Shown here: in pieces, positions 1 through 11,797 of the stretch | Layout of the letters: each line of letters opens with the position of its first letter | Numbering within the stretch: position 1 is the stretch's first letter | Source: Azolla caroliniana | Lineage: Eukaryota; Plantae; Polypodiophyta | Assembly: GCA_043228905.1 (NCBI GenBank) | Contig: JBHGNT010000009.1 | Span: 21,576,001 to 21,640,000, forward strand | Direction: 5' to 3' | Length of the DNA: 64,000 nucleotides | Position numbers and translations under genes: made by a program | Notes under the pieces: generated by a model | Seen by the model: the letters and a program-made list of their open reading frames with translations, nothing else | Told to the model about the DNA's origin: nothing | Databases searched by the model: none

Positions 1-357
1 GAGCAGGTAAAAAATCCCCCAGAGTTACAAGTTGCGACCGCAAATCTTAAATTACTGCGAGTATAGTTACGATCGACTGCAAATCTGTATCCCCCCAGAT
101 TCAATCGGGAGGCCGAAGAAGACCTTTCAGCGATACGAGGTTCAGGCGATCCGTATTATGTCAGGACCCACCACATAAACTATATCCCGGCCAATATCCA
201 CAACAATGTCCGCCCCAATGTGAAACCTGCATGTCTCTCTTTCACTAGGTCTGAATCCTCACAGAAAGCTTCCTCAGTTCTTTCTCCTCACGCAGAGACA
301 GAGACAGAGACGGAGACAGAGACAGAGATAGAGAGAGGCACGGAGAAGCTTCTATCC

Positions 358-462
358 ATGGTGCGCACATACACGTTCGCTGCAATGGTCGGCGTTGCAT
401 ACGTGGCCGTTTCTTCTCTCGACTCTGTTTTCGAATGGATGGCCAATCGACAAGAAAAGAAG
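358..462 (+). CDS. Small single-pass membrane protein, coding exon 1 (MVRTYTFAAMVGVAYVAVSSLDSVFEWMANRQEKK)
   Basis: ATG at 358 after a GA-rich leader. Hydrophobic stretch. Phase-0 donor AAG|GTGTGA at 463, followed by a (CT)n/T-rich intron. Confidence 0.6.
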
Positions 463-2848
463 GTGTGAATCTCTCTTCCGTTACCGTTCTCTCTCTCTCT
501 CTCTCTCTCTGTCTGTCGTTGCTTTCGATGAAAAACCTAGAGTTGGAACCATTGATAACTCCTTTCTTTTGCAATGCTCTTGCTCTTTTTGTTTTTTTCT
601 TCTTGTTTTGCATTTTGATGCCTTAAAACCTCCATTTTTCAAGGGATCTTTTGGCATGTATATGAAATAATTTCTTCGTTGAAGGCACTGTCAATGTGTC
701 GACATTGATTTCTAGAGTTAAAACTTGATTTATTTCTCTTAAATTTGCTTTCATCAAAACCCTAGTTTGCAAGCGTTTGAATCATTTCTTATTCAAGGTA
801 GAGAAAATGGTATAAACCATCATTTCTGTAGAACATTAATCTTGGTTTTTCAGTCAAGAATTAAATTTAGTTCGCTTTGTTACATTTTATCTTGTAAAAC
901 CATATTTGAAAACAGTTGATTGATGTGTTTTGAAAATCACAATCATTTTCTTCCTTTGAGATAATAGCAATACCTAGAAATTTATCTGCGTTTTCATTCA
1001 AGGGACACCTTTGGTTCATTTTAGTTAATGAAATCCTGGTTTTTAGCAATTGAATAACATTTGCAGCACATTATCTTGCCTTTATTCGGAATGCGTCTCC
1101 TTTCCTAATACCCTATTTAATGGTAATTGATCAACATTTTGCAATGTTTTCTCTCCTTGCATTAATGATATAGTTTGGTTCTTTTATTGTACAAAACCAT
1201 GGTTTGGAGCAATGAAGCAACAGTTTTGTAATTTTTCTTCATAGGATAGAGCATTGAACTGTGGAACTTAATGTTCCATTTTATTGGGATGTTAATTTAG
1301 TTGATCTGAGACTGTCTGATTAATTTCTAAATTTCATGGTTTGTGAAAGATTTCTTTTTTCTTTTTGCATCATTTAATAGATTGTGAGTAGTAGTTCTTG
1401 ATATTGAATGTAGAAGATCCCATAGGGTAGTTCTATAATCCGATGTACACATACTTGTGTATGCCATACCAGCATTCCTAAATGCCAAAAGCTGATCCTC
1501 TAATTTGCGTACTATATTGTGTGTGGCATTAAATGTGGTCAATGTATGTGCCCTGTAAATCAATATTTTAAACATACTGTAGGGAGAGCACAGTCAGAAA
1601 ACGATGCAACAAGGACAGTGCTGAACAAAGGGTCAGAGTTATCTCCAAATCGGAAACAATGCAAGGTCAAAATGCAGAATGTATGCGAAACATGTAGAGA
1701 TATGTAATTGTGAGAGCAGACCACTATAAACATTAAATGTTTTGGTAAGAGATTTCAAAAAATGGGTAATGGAACCAAGGAAAAACTTGCAATAGTAAAT
1801 AAATAACTGGGAAGAATGGCCACTCCAAAAACTTTGAGAGAATTTCAAGGAATGTACAATGGAAGAGCAAACGCTGCACTCTCTCTACATATCATGCAAT
1901 AGATGAGAATGGATCAGTCATGTCTATGGCACACATGAATATCGCTCGTTTGCTGAGTGCACCATAGGGATGCTATAAACCATTCTTTTTTTGACATTGG
2001 TCCATCCATCACACAAAATGTGGAGCTGTTGTAGAGGATATTTCTGTCCAACAGTCTTTGAACTTTGTCTTCATCTCTTTTAGAGGCAGATCATTACAAA
2101 ATATTAAGTGAGTCTGTCTAGTATTTTATGAATCGATGGAATTATATAAGTTAGATATAGTTTCTTATGATGGTCAGAGGTAAAATATAAGGACATGCTA
2201 GCAGAGATTGATAGCTATCTCCTTGCCCAGCTGACTGTAGCTTAGCTGACAGAGGATAGTGTCTCTCCCATTCAATGCCATAGGTGACTGTTCAACTGTC
2301 GTTCCATTCCAATACTGCAGGTGATGGATCAACTATATGCAGTAACTTGTATCCAATTTCACATATAAAATTTTATGACTGACTTGTACACAACTTCTAG
2401 GTTTCTTTCTTGTTCCACACCAAGTGTAGATAAAGTTGGCCTAGTGCTATTTAACAATTATTTTCCTCCCAAATATTGCACCCCCTTTTTCTAACCAGTA
2501 AACATTCACATATATTGCATTTTCTACTTTGTTGGTCAGATTCAGGTATGATAAGTATCAGTCCTCAAATTTTGCATTATCTAGAGCATCATGGAATTAT
2601 TGCTGTTGAGTGGCTCGCTATAGATGTTGGGTCCTTATCCTCAGGTGACTTTAGTTTCTTATTCCATCTCTTGAACTCTTGAAACTTCTCGGTTGGCATT
2701 TTTTTATTCCTCTTGTATTCTCATCTTTCCTATCCTTTGGAGAACATTGTATTTCTCTTTGTCATTATGTCATTGTCTTTTTCCTTTTCAAAGTTTTTTT
2801 AAATTTGTACAAGTTAATTTTGCAGCTTTTAAGCTGTGCATATTATAA

Positions 2849-2898
<50 letters not shown>

Positions 2899-3198
2899 CA
2901 CGCACGCACAAATTCCAGAAACCATTGCAAGAGTATTTCTCTACTCTAGATAGCAAAGAAATTTGTCCAAAATATGAATGCCTGTCCTTTAAGAAATACA
3001 ATAAAAAGCATCCAGAATCCAGACATGGATTCCAATGTTGGATACCCTTAAAGGTGTCAGTTTGTTTTTTGCTGTCTTTATTCTGGAGAAGTAAGACTTA
3101 GTGCTTAATGTGCACAACTATGCTAAACTATATAATTCTATGGTTCCTTTGCTGCTGAATTAAATTGCTGGCTCATTTTGTTTTTGTCCTTCGAACAG

Positions 3199-3285
3199 AT
3201 GGAGAAATTCGAAAAGGAAAAAGAAATAGCAAAGTTGAGAAAAGACTTGGTAGATGAAAACCGTAAGAAAGGTTTAGTTGCGTGA
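3199..3285 (+). CDS. Small membrane protein, last coding exon (MEKFEKEKEIAKLRKDLVDENRKKGLVA*); 63 aa if spliced to exon 1
   Basis: Polypyrimidine tract and acceptor TTTTGTCCTTCGAACAG at 3198. In frame with exon 1. Charged, coiled-coil-like. TGA at 3283-3285. Confidence 0.55.
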   Translation: MEKFEKEKEIAKLRKDLVDENRKKGLVA

Positions 3286-5028
3286 TATTTTAGGTGGTCA
3301 TCACACGATCCAACATTTCTCCTTGGCATACTGCAATTGTTTTGCATAATAAATGAAAGCTGTCATGATGAAGGTATCTGTCATTAACTTTCAGCTCGCA
3401 TGGGCTATAACAATATCCTCATTTATTGGTGCAATGGAACTTCCACAGGCTTGATAAATTTGTATATTTTTTTTATGGACTAGTTTGTATTTTATTATAT
3501 TAAATGAAAGAATGGGTAATGTAGTCGTGTTCAATTTCTGCAGTATATTGGGTTTTAAAATTTAAAAGTAGTTGTCCAATGCTATTAAAGCATGATGACA
3601 AGGCACTACCACAACACTACCGATACCTAATCACAAACGCAACCACAACACTAGCTTCACCAACAATTCTGGTCTTTTAAACACTGCCAAAGAGGAACTT
3701 GTCACTACTTGAAATTGCTTCCCTCACAAATTTGCAAGAAAGATTCGAAGGCCAAGAATTGAACTAGATGGATGATTGAATAGATTAGATTATGAATTAG
3801 ATTATTTCAAGTATATGTCTCAATAATTATACATTTAGTTGCCCCCTTGTCTAAAACATCATATCCAGTGTTAATCACTTCTATTTTGGGATATAAATAA
3901 TGAGAAATAGACGATGAGAAATGTAACTCCAAATTGACAAGCAAGTTGCTTGCACATGCATGGTCACACAAGGACACACACACAAACTCTTTCTCTTATT
4001 GTAAGGCAGTGTTTGTATTAAAAGAAATTGGCAATACAAAACCTATTGTTGGAGGTATTGTTCCCACTTTTATTATATTGAGTATTGCAACACAATTAGA
4101 ATATGCATAATGATCTTATAATTGATGTTAGACATGGGGGGAAAGCTTATGTGAAGAAGTTCAAAGGCATTCTCATGTGGAATTTTTAGATGTTAGAGCA
4201 TGTGGAGCATATTCAAGTTTTCTAATGGCTTTGCAAGTAACAAGATGTCCCTTTTCCTACATAGGTAAGTAGAGGACTAAGAAGTTGTAAAAAGTGGGTT
4301 TTACATATATAATTGTGTGCTTTTACCCCCCTTCCCCCGCCCCTCCCTCCCCCCCCCCAAAAAGAAGAAGAAGAAGAAGAGAAGAGATTTATTTAAAACA
4401 CAACCCAAGTTATGCATAAGAGCTTTCACATGGTGCCAATCTCCGTCACACACACATGCTTGCCTCTAAGTTATGTCCTTTTTCTTTGGATATGCGCACA
4501 TTTGGTAAAACAATGGGTATTCATATGAAAGAAAGAAGCACACATAATTGGCAAACGAGGAGATAGTTTTATTCTCCTAGGACAAGCACACAATATGTAC
4601 TCTCCGAGGACATCATGAATACACAACTTAACTATTACACGCATACTACGTTGAATTACAATAGCCCCAAAACAAACATTATACTTATGATGATCCCTCT
4701 CTCTGCTCATAAGGATAAACCATGCATTCCCATACAATAATGGGTGAGGAGCCGATCACATTAGAATTGTGGCATTGCCAAGCTTCCCTTTAATGTGCAA
4801 ATGGAAGGTTGACATGAGTCTGCTAACCGGCAACTTGGAAGCATGAGAATTGATGTTAATTGACTCCGTAACTATTACATATGATTCATTTGAGAACATG
4901 TGCAATGCTCAAGGGCCATAGAAGTGCCAAAAAGTTTTCGTCTCTCTTTCTTTCTCTCAATAGTCGATGATTGGGTACACATCACATTACTCTAATCAAT
5001 TGTCTCATGGGCCAAATTTGATCCTAGA

Positions 5029-5032
<4 letters not shown>

Positions 5033-5069
<37 letters not shown>
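5033..5069. repeat. (CT)n microsatellite
   Basis: Direct reading. Confidence 0.95.
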
Positions 5070-5072
<3 letters not shown>

Positions 5073-5136
5073 ATTAGCTTACCCTACTGATAAGTTGTTA
5101 CACTGAGCACTATGTCTTGGGTTCAAAACTCAAAAT

Positions 5137-8100
5137 TATAGCTAGTTTTAGGAGTGTCTATCATGTGTTTTCAATGTTTTGCATTAGGGTCATGCACACT
5201 TTAATGGACTACTAATATGTGTATTGCTTGGCATGCAAACCCTTAAACCTTAAGCATAAAGCCTAAGCCATGAAACCCGAAACCGAAAACCGTTGTTGTG
5301 GGTCTAGCCATAATGTGTGCCGCCTTTGACTCTTGACCAATGTATGTACAGACAAGGTTCTCCACCTAGTACATGCCCAAATTAGCTTACAATGTCCCTT
5401 CCACACTAGCTAGATAGACTCTCCCATGAGTCTCGCTCGATGCATGCCCTACTCTGCTACTTGATAAATTAGTATAGAGTGCTTATCTTCACCTTCACAC
5501 CAATTCTTGACCACTATCAACTCTTTAGTTTTTGGTATCACACGTAGAGGTTGTGTCACTTTTACACTACCCTACCCCCCTTTTTCTCCTGGCTCACACA
5601 TCTAGTTTAAGCTTTGCTAGTTTGAGTTTTACTCTATCTAGAAATTTAACCATTCTCCTTGTTCTTTTGTAGACAAGCGTGAGATTGTTGGGATGTATAA
5701 AGTGACCTTGTTCAATATTACCCTTTGTATTGTTGTTGAATTAGGGCTCTTTCCTGGCTGGTTGTGTGATTCAAAAGCTCATGTTTTTTTCTATACTTCC
5801 TTGTTTGTAAATTGAATGATGCATGTCTCATTTCATCTCCACATAAGAGATCACACTTATTACTACTGAACAAAATATTATGAATATGGAATAATCATTA
5901 CTACTTTGTATCCCTTCCCCTTTTATTTGTTCTCCTATTCAAATATTTTTAGAGAGAATAACAACTATCCTCAACCTTTTGACTCAGAAATGAAAAACTC
6001 AATATTCATTGTCACACGATTTGGTTCCATTACATAAACTCTACATATTCTTGAAAAGCTTATTCTAATAGGCTCCATAGGTTTGAATTTGAATACCACA
6101 AAATCTGTTGGTGTCAATCTTTTTGTTCAGCATCACACATGGTGGACAACTCTTAATTCAATATAATAACAAACACTAAAGCATGGAAATTACAAATTAT
6201 TGGATGTTTTATATGTAGAAAACATTTATGTTGTTTTAAGGTTTTAGTAGATATAAAAAAAGTATAGCTCTATTGATTGTGTAAAATTCTAGTTGTATTT
6301 TCCCTGGTTCCACCTTGCAATCAACAATGGTTCGGTTTGAACTGAACCAAACCACGGCTTAACAACTTAACAACTTAACAGTTTAAACAGTTCTGTTTGA
6401 GCTTCATTTTTTTAAAACGGTTCGAGTTTGACACTTTCAAACCAAACTAACCATTGTTGATTGTTAGTTCTACCATAGTGCTTGGCAAGGAAATTGATTG
6501 CTTATAAATTGGTATTAGCACCAACATTTATATTGCATAACCGTGCCCACTATTGAATTGCAACTAGTTGTGGCAAAATCATGCAACATAGATGTTGAGT
6601 CGATTTTACGTTGGGTATCTTTTGTCACTCTCTTTTCTACTTTTAATTTTTTGCTTTTCATCTGGTCTCTAAGGATATAGTGCCCTTGTTTTTAATTCAA
6701 TGTCTTTACAATGATCGGTAGGTCTTTTCATCTCCTTTGTCGTATTTCAAGAATCCATAATACATACACCTTACTTAAATAAAAGATGTCATAAGTTGAT
6801 AAGGAAGATCCTCAAATGATGTTTATTTTGGATGTGGTACCACATGTTAATACCACACTTTTCCGGGGCTAGTTGGGCTTACATGTTACCCAATATAGGG
6901 TAGTTGGCTAGCAAATTCTAAACAAACAAGTCTACATTACAAAACTCTTGACTTAGTTAAATTCCAATAATCACTTCTCTACGATATCAAATATATCGAT
7001 GTCACCTTTCCATAGTCGGATTAAACTGTCCCATGTTTTTCTTACATATGTTGCTCATTCACAATAAACTTTATAACTTTACACTTGGGAACATCACTTC
7101 TTGGATGTAATAATTTTTATTCGGCATGTGAAATCTTTCCTACTAATATATCTTGACGAAGATAATGTGACCTTTGGATATATGTTTTGGTCTTACGTAG
7201 AACTTTATAACACTCCCAACATTTTCTAGACATTTTCGCTTATTTTTCTATAGCTCTGAAATTACCACTCTATTTTCCACTTTCCAATTAGATGCCTTTT
7301 TTTCACCATAAAAATCAAAAGATTCATTTTAAACCTCTTTAAAGCTAGTTAGTATTGGGATTTAAAACAAATTCCTTGCCATCCCCTAATGTTTTGATAT
7401 TGTTATAACTTATCATTGCCTTCATGTATGGATGGCAATGTTGAATTTTGTAGGATGCAAATATCTTGTGGTTTTGTGATTCATTTCCTTTACTCTTCAA
7501 TGATAAAGAAGTAGACTTCCAAATTGTATGCAATAGCTATAATTGCAAACTGAATGATTTGAACAACTATCCTAATGTTGGGTTTACATATGCCAAAGCT
7601 AACAAAAGAACACTAGGCTTTTACAACTATTTCTATGAGGAGAGAAAAAGGGACTGGAAAATGGCTGATCAAGTAATTCATAAATGCCATAAAATTTGAA
7701 GATAAATTCAAAAGTATTGGTATGAAAGTGCACTTTCTTCATACGCAATTCGTTGGCGGCTTTTGTGCTATTTTGACAAATAACATGACCAAGGTTATCA
7801 CTGTGCATGTTAATTATTATAAAGGTTTTAAAGATGCTAAATGTAAAGATCTTCATATGATTTTGGATGGTTAGAAGAAATGGAAAGAACATAGCAATGA
7901 TTTGTCAACCTTGATTTCAAGGCTTGACGATCATCAAATAGAAAATTATGTTGATCCCCATTTCCAATTGCCATGGGCATGCCCACAGTCAGGGAATAAA
8001 CGTTTGTAGCTCCTTTGGTAGGAGTGCACTTGCATTTTTGAAGGGGAAATCTTTGTGCACTTATCAGAAGGATAAGTGACAACTGGCTATAATTTGTGAC
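5137..8100 (+). pseudogene. Partial tandem duplicate of the GT77 gene: intron 2, last exon (7454-~8008) and 3' UTR
   Basis: Colinear similarity to ~11750-14410 (e.g. 5761 gttgtgtgattcaaaagctcatg vs 12231). The exon copy reads DANILWFCDSFP (DxD lost) and is frameshifted near 7682. No copy of exons 1-2 seen. Confidence 0.85.
6315..6466. mobile_element. hAT-type MITE
   Basis: Inverted termini CAATCAACAATGGTT/AACCATTGTTGATTG. Imperfect 8-bp TSD gttccacc/gttctacc. The paralogous site near 12765 is empty (gtttcacc). Confidence 0.8.
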
Positions 8101-9484
8101 ATCGCACACTTAGAGAGATGTTTCTTGCTTTACAAAGATGAATAAATATTTTGGAGTTATTTTGGCATGAAACCAAATTTACCCTTTGGTATATATACCA
8201 AAATACCCTTAGGTTTTAGCAAATGACTGAAATACCCATGTGTACTAGTACGTCTTGCACTAAAACATAAGGATGTTTTGGTGTTTCCTTGATTATTGAT
8301 AAACTTAAATCAATGTGTCACTGTATAGTTTCTAATTGGCAATGTTTCAATTACTTTAACATATGGAAAACAAAGAGCAAAATTATCCGAACTTTAAGAG
8401 GTATTATTATTTCTCATTCGGTCTTCAAAATCTCACAATTAACCCTAGTAATGAACATATCAATGATCTTGAGATATACTTTTCTAGATGAGATTGTCTT
8501 TTATTACGTAATAGATTTCCTTTGCTCATCCCCATGAAACAAATGTATTTTGGTGAAGCACATATCTTAGAAAGGCATCGAGCGATGTAGCTCAAAGAAA
8601 AAATGGTTTCATAATGAATGTCATGAAGCTCAAAAGCACCTTATGAGATTCAATCTAGTGAAGGATAAGAAAAATTATTGAAAGTGTTCATATGAGTACA
8701 AAAGACTTAATCAAGCAAGGCCAAAAAACACTTATTCACATAAACTCCTTAGAACATCACAGGAAGCAACAAAAAGATCCAAAAACACGTAAAACCCAAT
8801 TATTTGTCTCAAATGAATACAAGATACTAGAATATGGTTTGGAAGATGGGATGCAATACGTTTGCTTCATGATGCATAAATAGATTCCTATGTGAACAAG
8901 GGCTTTTTGCAATGCCAATGCATCATGACATGGGAAAATTATGGATGCTCATGTTTCACACCTTATATACATATGTTGCGTCGAATTACAAACCATGTTC
9001 TTCAACGCTAAATGAGGAAACCCCACACAGTACCAATACATGTTAGAGCCTTGTCTGCCATTTGAACCATTAATTCGATATGAGATTTAGTTCACACTCG
9101 TGTCCATGTGTGAGGAGTAGTCCGAGCAAAGTGATGACACTAAACTATTGTCACGTTTTCCCTAAGGATCAGACTTTGATACAATACATCCCTTTTGATC
9201 ACATGCGATGATAGAACATGCGATTATGTTTTAATCCACAAATCTTCGACCCAACCCCAATCCTTGCATGAATTTCTATAACAGTTGCAACATATGTGCT
9301 CCATCTCAATTTGTGGCATTCATTAGCAAAGCTCTTGAAATATCAATGGATGGTCTCTTAACTTACATTCACATGTATTACCTAAATAGGTCATAGGTAA
9401 TACATGTGATTATTATTTTTGTTCTAATTAGTTCATCCTAGCGACAAGTTGTTTATACTACTAGCACTACATCTTGAGTTTGAA

Positions 9485-9635
9485 ACCCAATTCTCTCACC
9501 TCTCTATTATATACTTCATACATATCACTTAATTCACTAGATACCACTATGGAATGCAAGGGGTTGAACCCATGACCACATGGTCTCCATTGGGCAACCT
9601 TACAAGTTATCAATTAAGCTACATCCATTTGGGCC
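9485..9635 (-). mobile_element. tRNA-derived SINE-like repeat (partial second copy at ~9704-9760)
   Basis: Minus strand has box A-like TAGCTTAATTGA and box B-like GGTTCAACCC. The body is similar to 16220-16348. Confidence 0.45.
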
Positions 9636-9997
9636 AATTTTGGTCTTAAAAGACTTTAATAAGTCTTTCTTTCTACGAGTCTCTTTCTTTCTTTCTGTCT
9701 CTCGGGTTGAACCCATGACCACATGGTTTCCATTGGGCAATCTTTGCATCCATTTGGGCTAATATAGAAATCTCTCTCTTTCTCAATGTCAATCTGCGTC
9801 TCTCTCACACATCCCTATAGATATGCCTACTCTTTGGCTTTTATAGATATAGTTATCCTCAAGCTAACTAAACTTAGAACTGCATGAATCCTCATGATCA
9901 ATGATTATCCTCCCCCCTCCTCCTCCTCATTGTCATCATGATTTCTGTCATGAAACACCATAGCTTGTATTAAATTTCACCAATCTAATCCTTCCCC

Positions 9998-10312
9998 ATG
10001 GCCATGACCACAAGCACAACACATGATGACATACTTGTTGGACATAATCATCCTGTTAATCATGATGTAATTAGCTCCATTGAATCCTCGCCGCCTCCGG
10101 CAGTAATTAAAAGCAGTAAAAACTGGTCTCGGCCCCGATTACTACTTCCGCAACGGCTGTTCCCGGGCCCCGCTGCATTCCTCGGTTTTGTTTCCATCTC
10201 CCTCATTTTCATATCCTTGTCCCTGTCCCTCCCTGCCCCTCTCACTGTGTATATTCCTCCTCTCAGCTTCCTCTCAAATTTTATCCATCCCCATGGAGAA
10301 CATACCTCCCAG
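9998..10312 (+). CDS. Nucleotide-diphospho-sugar transferase (GT77/Nucleotid_trans), exon 1 with type II signal anchor
   Basis: ATG at 9998. TM segment AAFLGFVSISLIFISLSLSL. Phase-0 donor CAG|GTACAA at 10313. Confidence 0.7.
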
Positions 10313-10488
10313 GTACAAAATCGATACAAAAACTTACATTTCTCTCAATCTTTGTGGTATTATTAGTCAGGAGATTAGTGGAAGATGGGCAACAAATTCT
10401 AATGTTCTTGCGCGATAATTTAAAAATCTTGTGGTATTTATTTGTTAAGGAGATTAGTGGAAGATAGGTAACATATTCTAATCTGTAG

Positions 10489-11124
10489 ATGCAGGTAATC
10501 AATGGGAATAGATCATATATACCCGAAGAGAAAGAGGCCATCTCCTTGGAGGAGGTGCTTCGGGCTGCGGCTTATACAGAGAATGAAGAAGATGGCCATG
10601 GCAATCCATACAATGGAAATCACTCTAACCGTGATTCCGATAAATACTCGTCGAGAAAGACGGTAATCATCACCACGATAAACGCAGCGTGGGCAGACAT
10701 TAGGATTAACAACGAGACGAAGAAGAATCGGGATAACATGGTGGACATGTTCTTGGAGAGCCTGAGAGGAGGATTAGGGACAAGGAGATTAATCAGGCAT
10801 GTTGTCATGGGGTGCATGGATCAACGATCCTACGATCGATGCAAAGCTTTAACAGCGAGTTCTAATGAGCAGAAATCGGCGAACACCAAGGTATCAAGGA
10901 CTTATCTCGACACCGAAGAATCAAAGGCCATGGAATTATTGGATCGATGGGGCGAATCGATTCGCCAGGAGGCTGATAATTTCCAATGTGTTCGTATCCA
11001 TACGCCAGGCGTCGATTTCTCCGGGGAGCAGCTCCTCCTCACCTCGGATTACATCAAGATGATGTGGCGCCGCATCGAATTCCTCTCCTCCGTTCTTCAT
11101 CTCGGATACAACTTCATCTTCACG
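10489..11124 (+). CDS. GT77-family glycosyltransferase, exon 2
   Basis: Family motifs KTVIITTINAAWA, MVDMFLESLRGG, YIKMMWRRIEFL..VLHLGYNFIFT. Donor ACG|GTAAAC at 11125. Acceptor at 10488 or 10494 (both in phase). Confidence 0.9.
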
Positions 11125-11125
11125 G

Positions 11126-11150
11126 TAAACCCTAAACCCTAAACCCTAAA
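11126..11150. repeat. Interstitial plant telomere repeat (TAAACCC)x3.5 / telo-box
   Basis: taaaccctaaaccctaaaccctaaa begins within the splice donor. Confidence 0.85.
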
Positions 11151-11179
11151 GACCTTAGCCCAACCACTAAGATAGGACC

Positions 11180-11797
11180 CATAGCCAGTTTTAGTTGTCC
11201 CTATCTTGTGTTTTTTATGTATTGTATCAGGGACATAGCCAGTTTTAGTAGTACTTATCTTCTGTTTTTTATGTATTGTATTAGGGACATAGCCAGTTTT
11301 ATATATTGTGTTAGATGCATATCCAGTTTTAGTAGTCCCTATCTTGTGATTTCTATATATTGTGTTAGATGCATAGCCAGTTTTAGTAGTCCCTATCTTG
11401 TGATTTCTATATATTGTGTTAGATGCATAGCCAGTTTTAGTAGTCCCTATCTTGTGATTTCTATATATTGTGTTAGATGCATAGCCACTTTTAGTAGTCC
11501 CTATCTTGTGATTTCTATGTATTGTGTTAGGGACATAGCCAGTTTTAGTAGTCCCTATCTTGTGATTTCTATATATTGTGTTAGATGCATAGGCAGTTTT
11601 AGTAGTCCCTATCTTGTGTTTTCTATATATTGTATTAGGGACATAGCTAGTTTTAGTAGTCCCTATCTTGTGTTTTCTATATATTGTATTAGGGACATAG
11701 TGAGTTTTAGTAGTTCCTATCTTGTGTTTTCTATATGTTGTATTAGGGACATAGCCAGTTTTAGTAGTCCCTATATATTGTATTAGGGACATAGCCA
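11180..11797. repeat. Intronic 54-bp minisatellite, ~12 units
   Basis: Units start at 11180, 11234, 11288 (short), 11318, 11372, 11426, 11480, 11534, 11588, 11642, 11696, 11750 (short). Consensus catagccagttttagtagtccctatcttgtg(a/t)tttctatatattgt(g/a)ttag(at/gg)(g/a). Confidence 0.95.

Noticed and set aside
220-670. Overlapping ORFs 220-468, 245-613 and 395-670
   Set aside because: Driven by GA/CT repeats. Only the part from ATG 358 looks coding.
1300-1990. Possible decayed retroelement in the intron of the first gene
   Set aside because: No diagnostic motif could be read.
11180-11797. CRISPR-like array
   Set aside because: Head-to-tail units with no unique spacers, a eukaryotic intron context and no cas genes.
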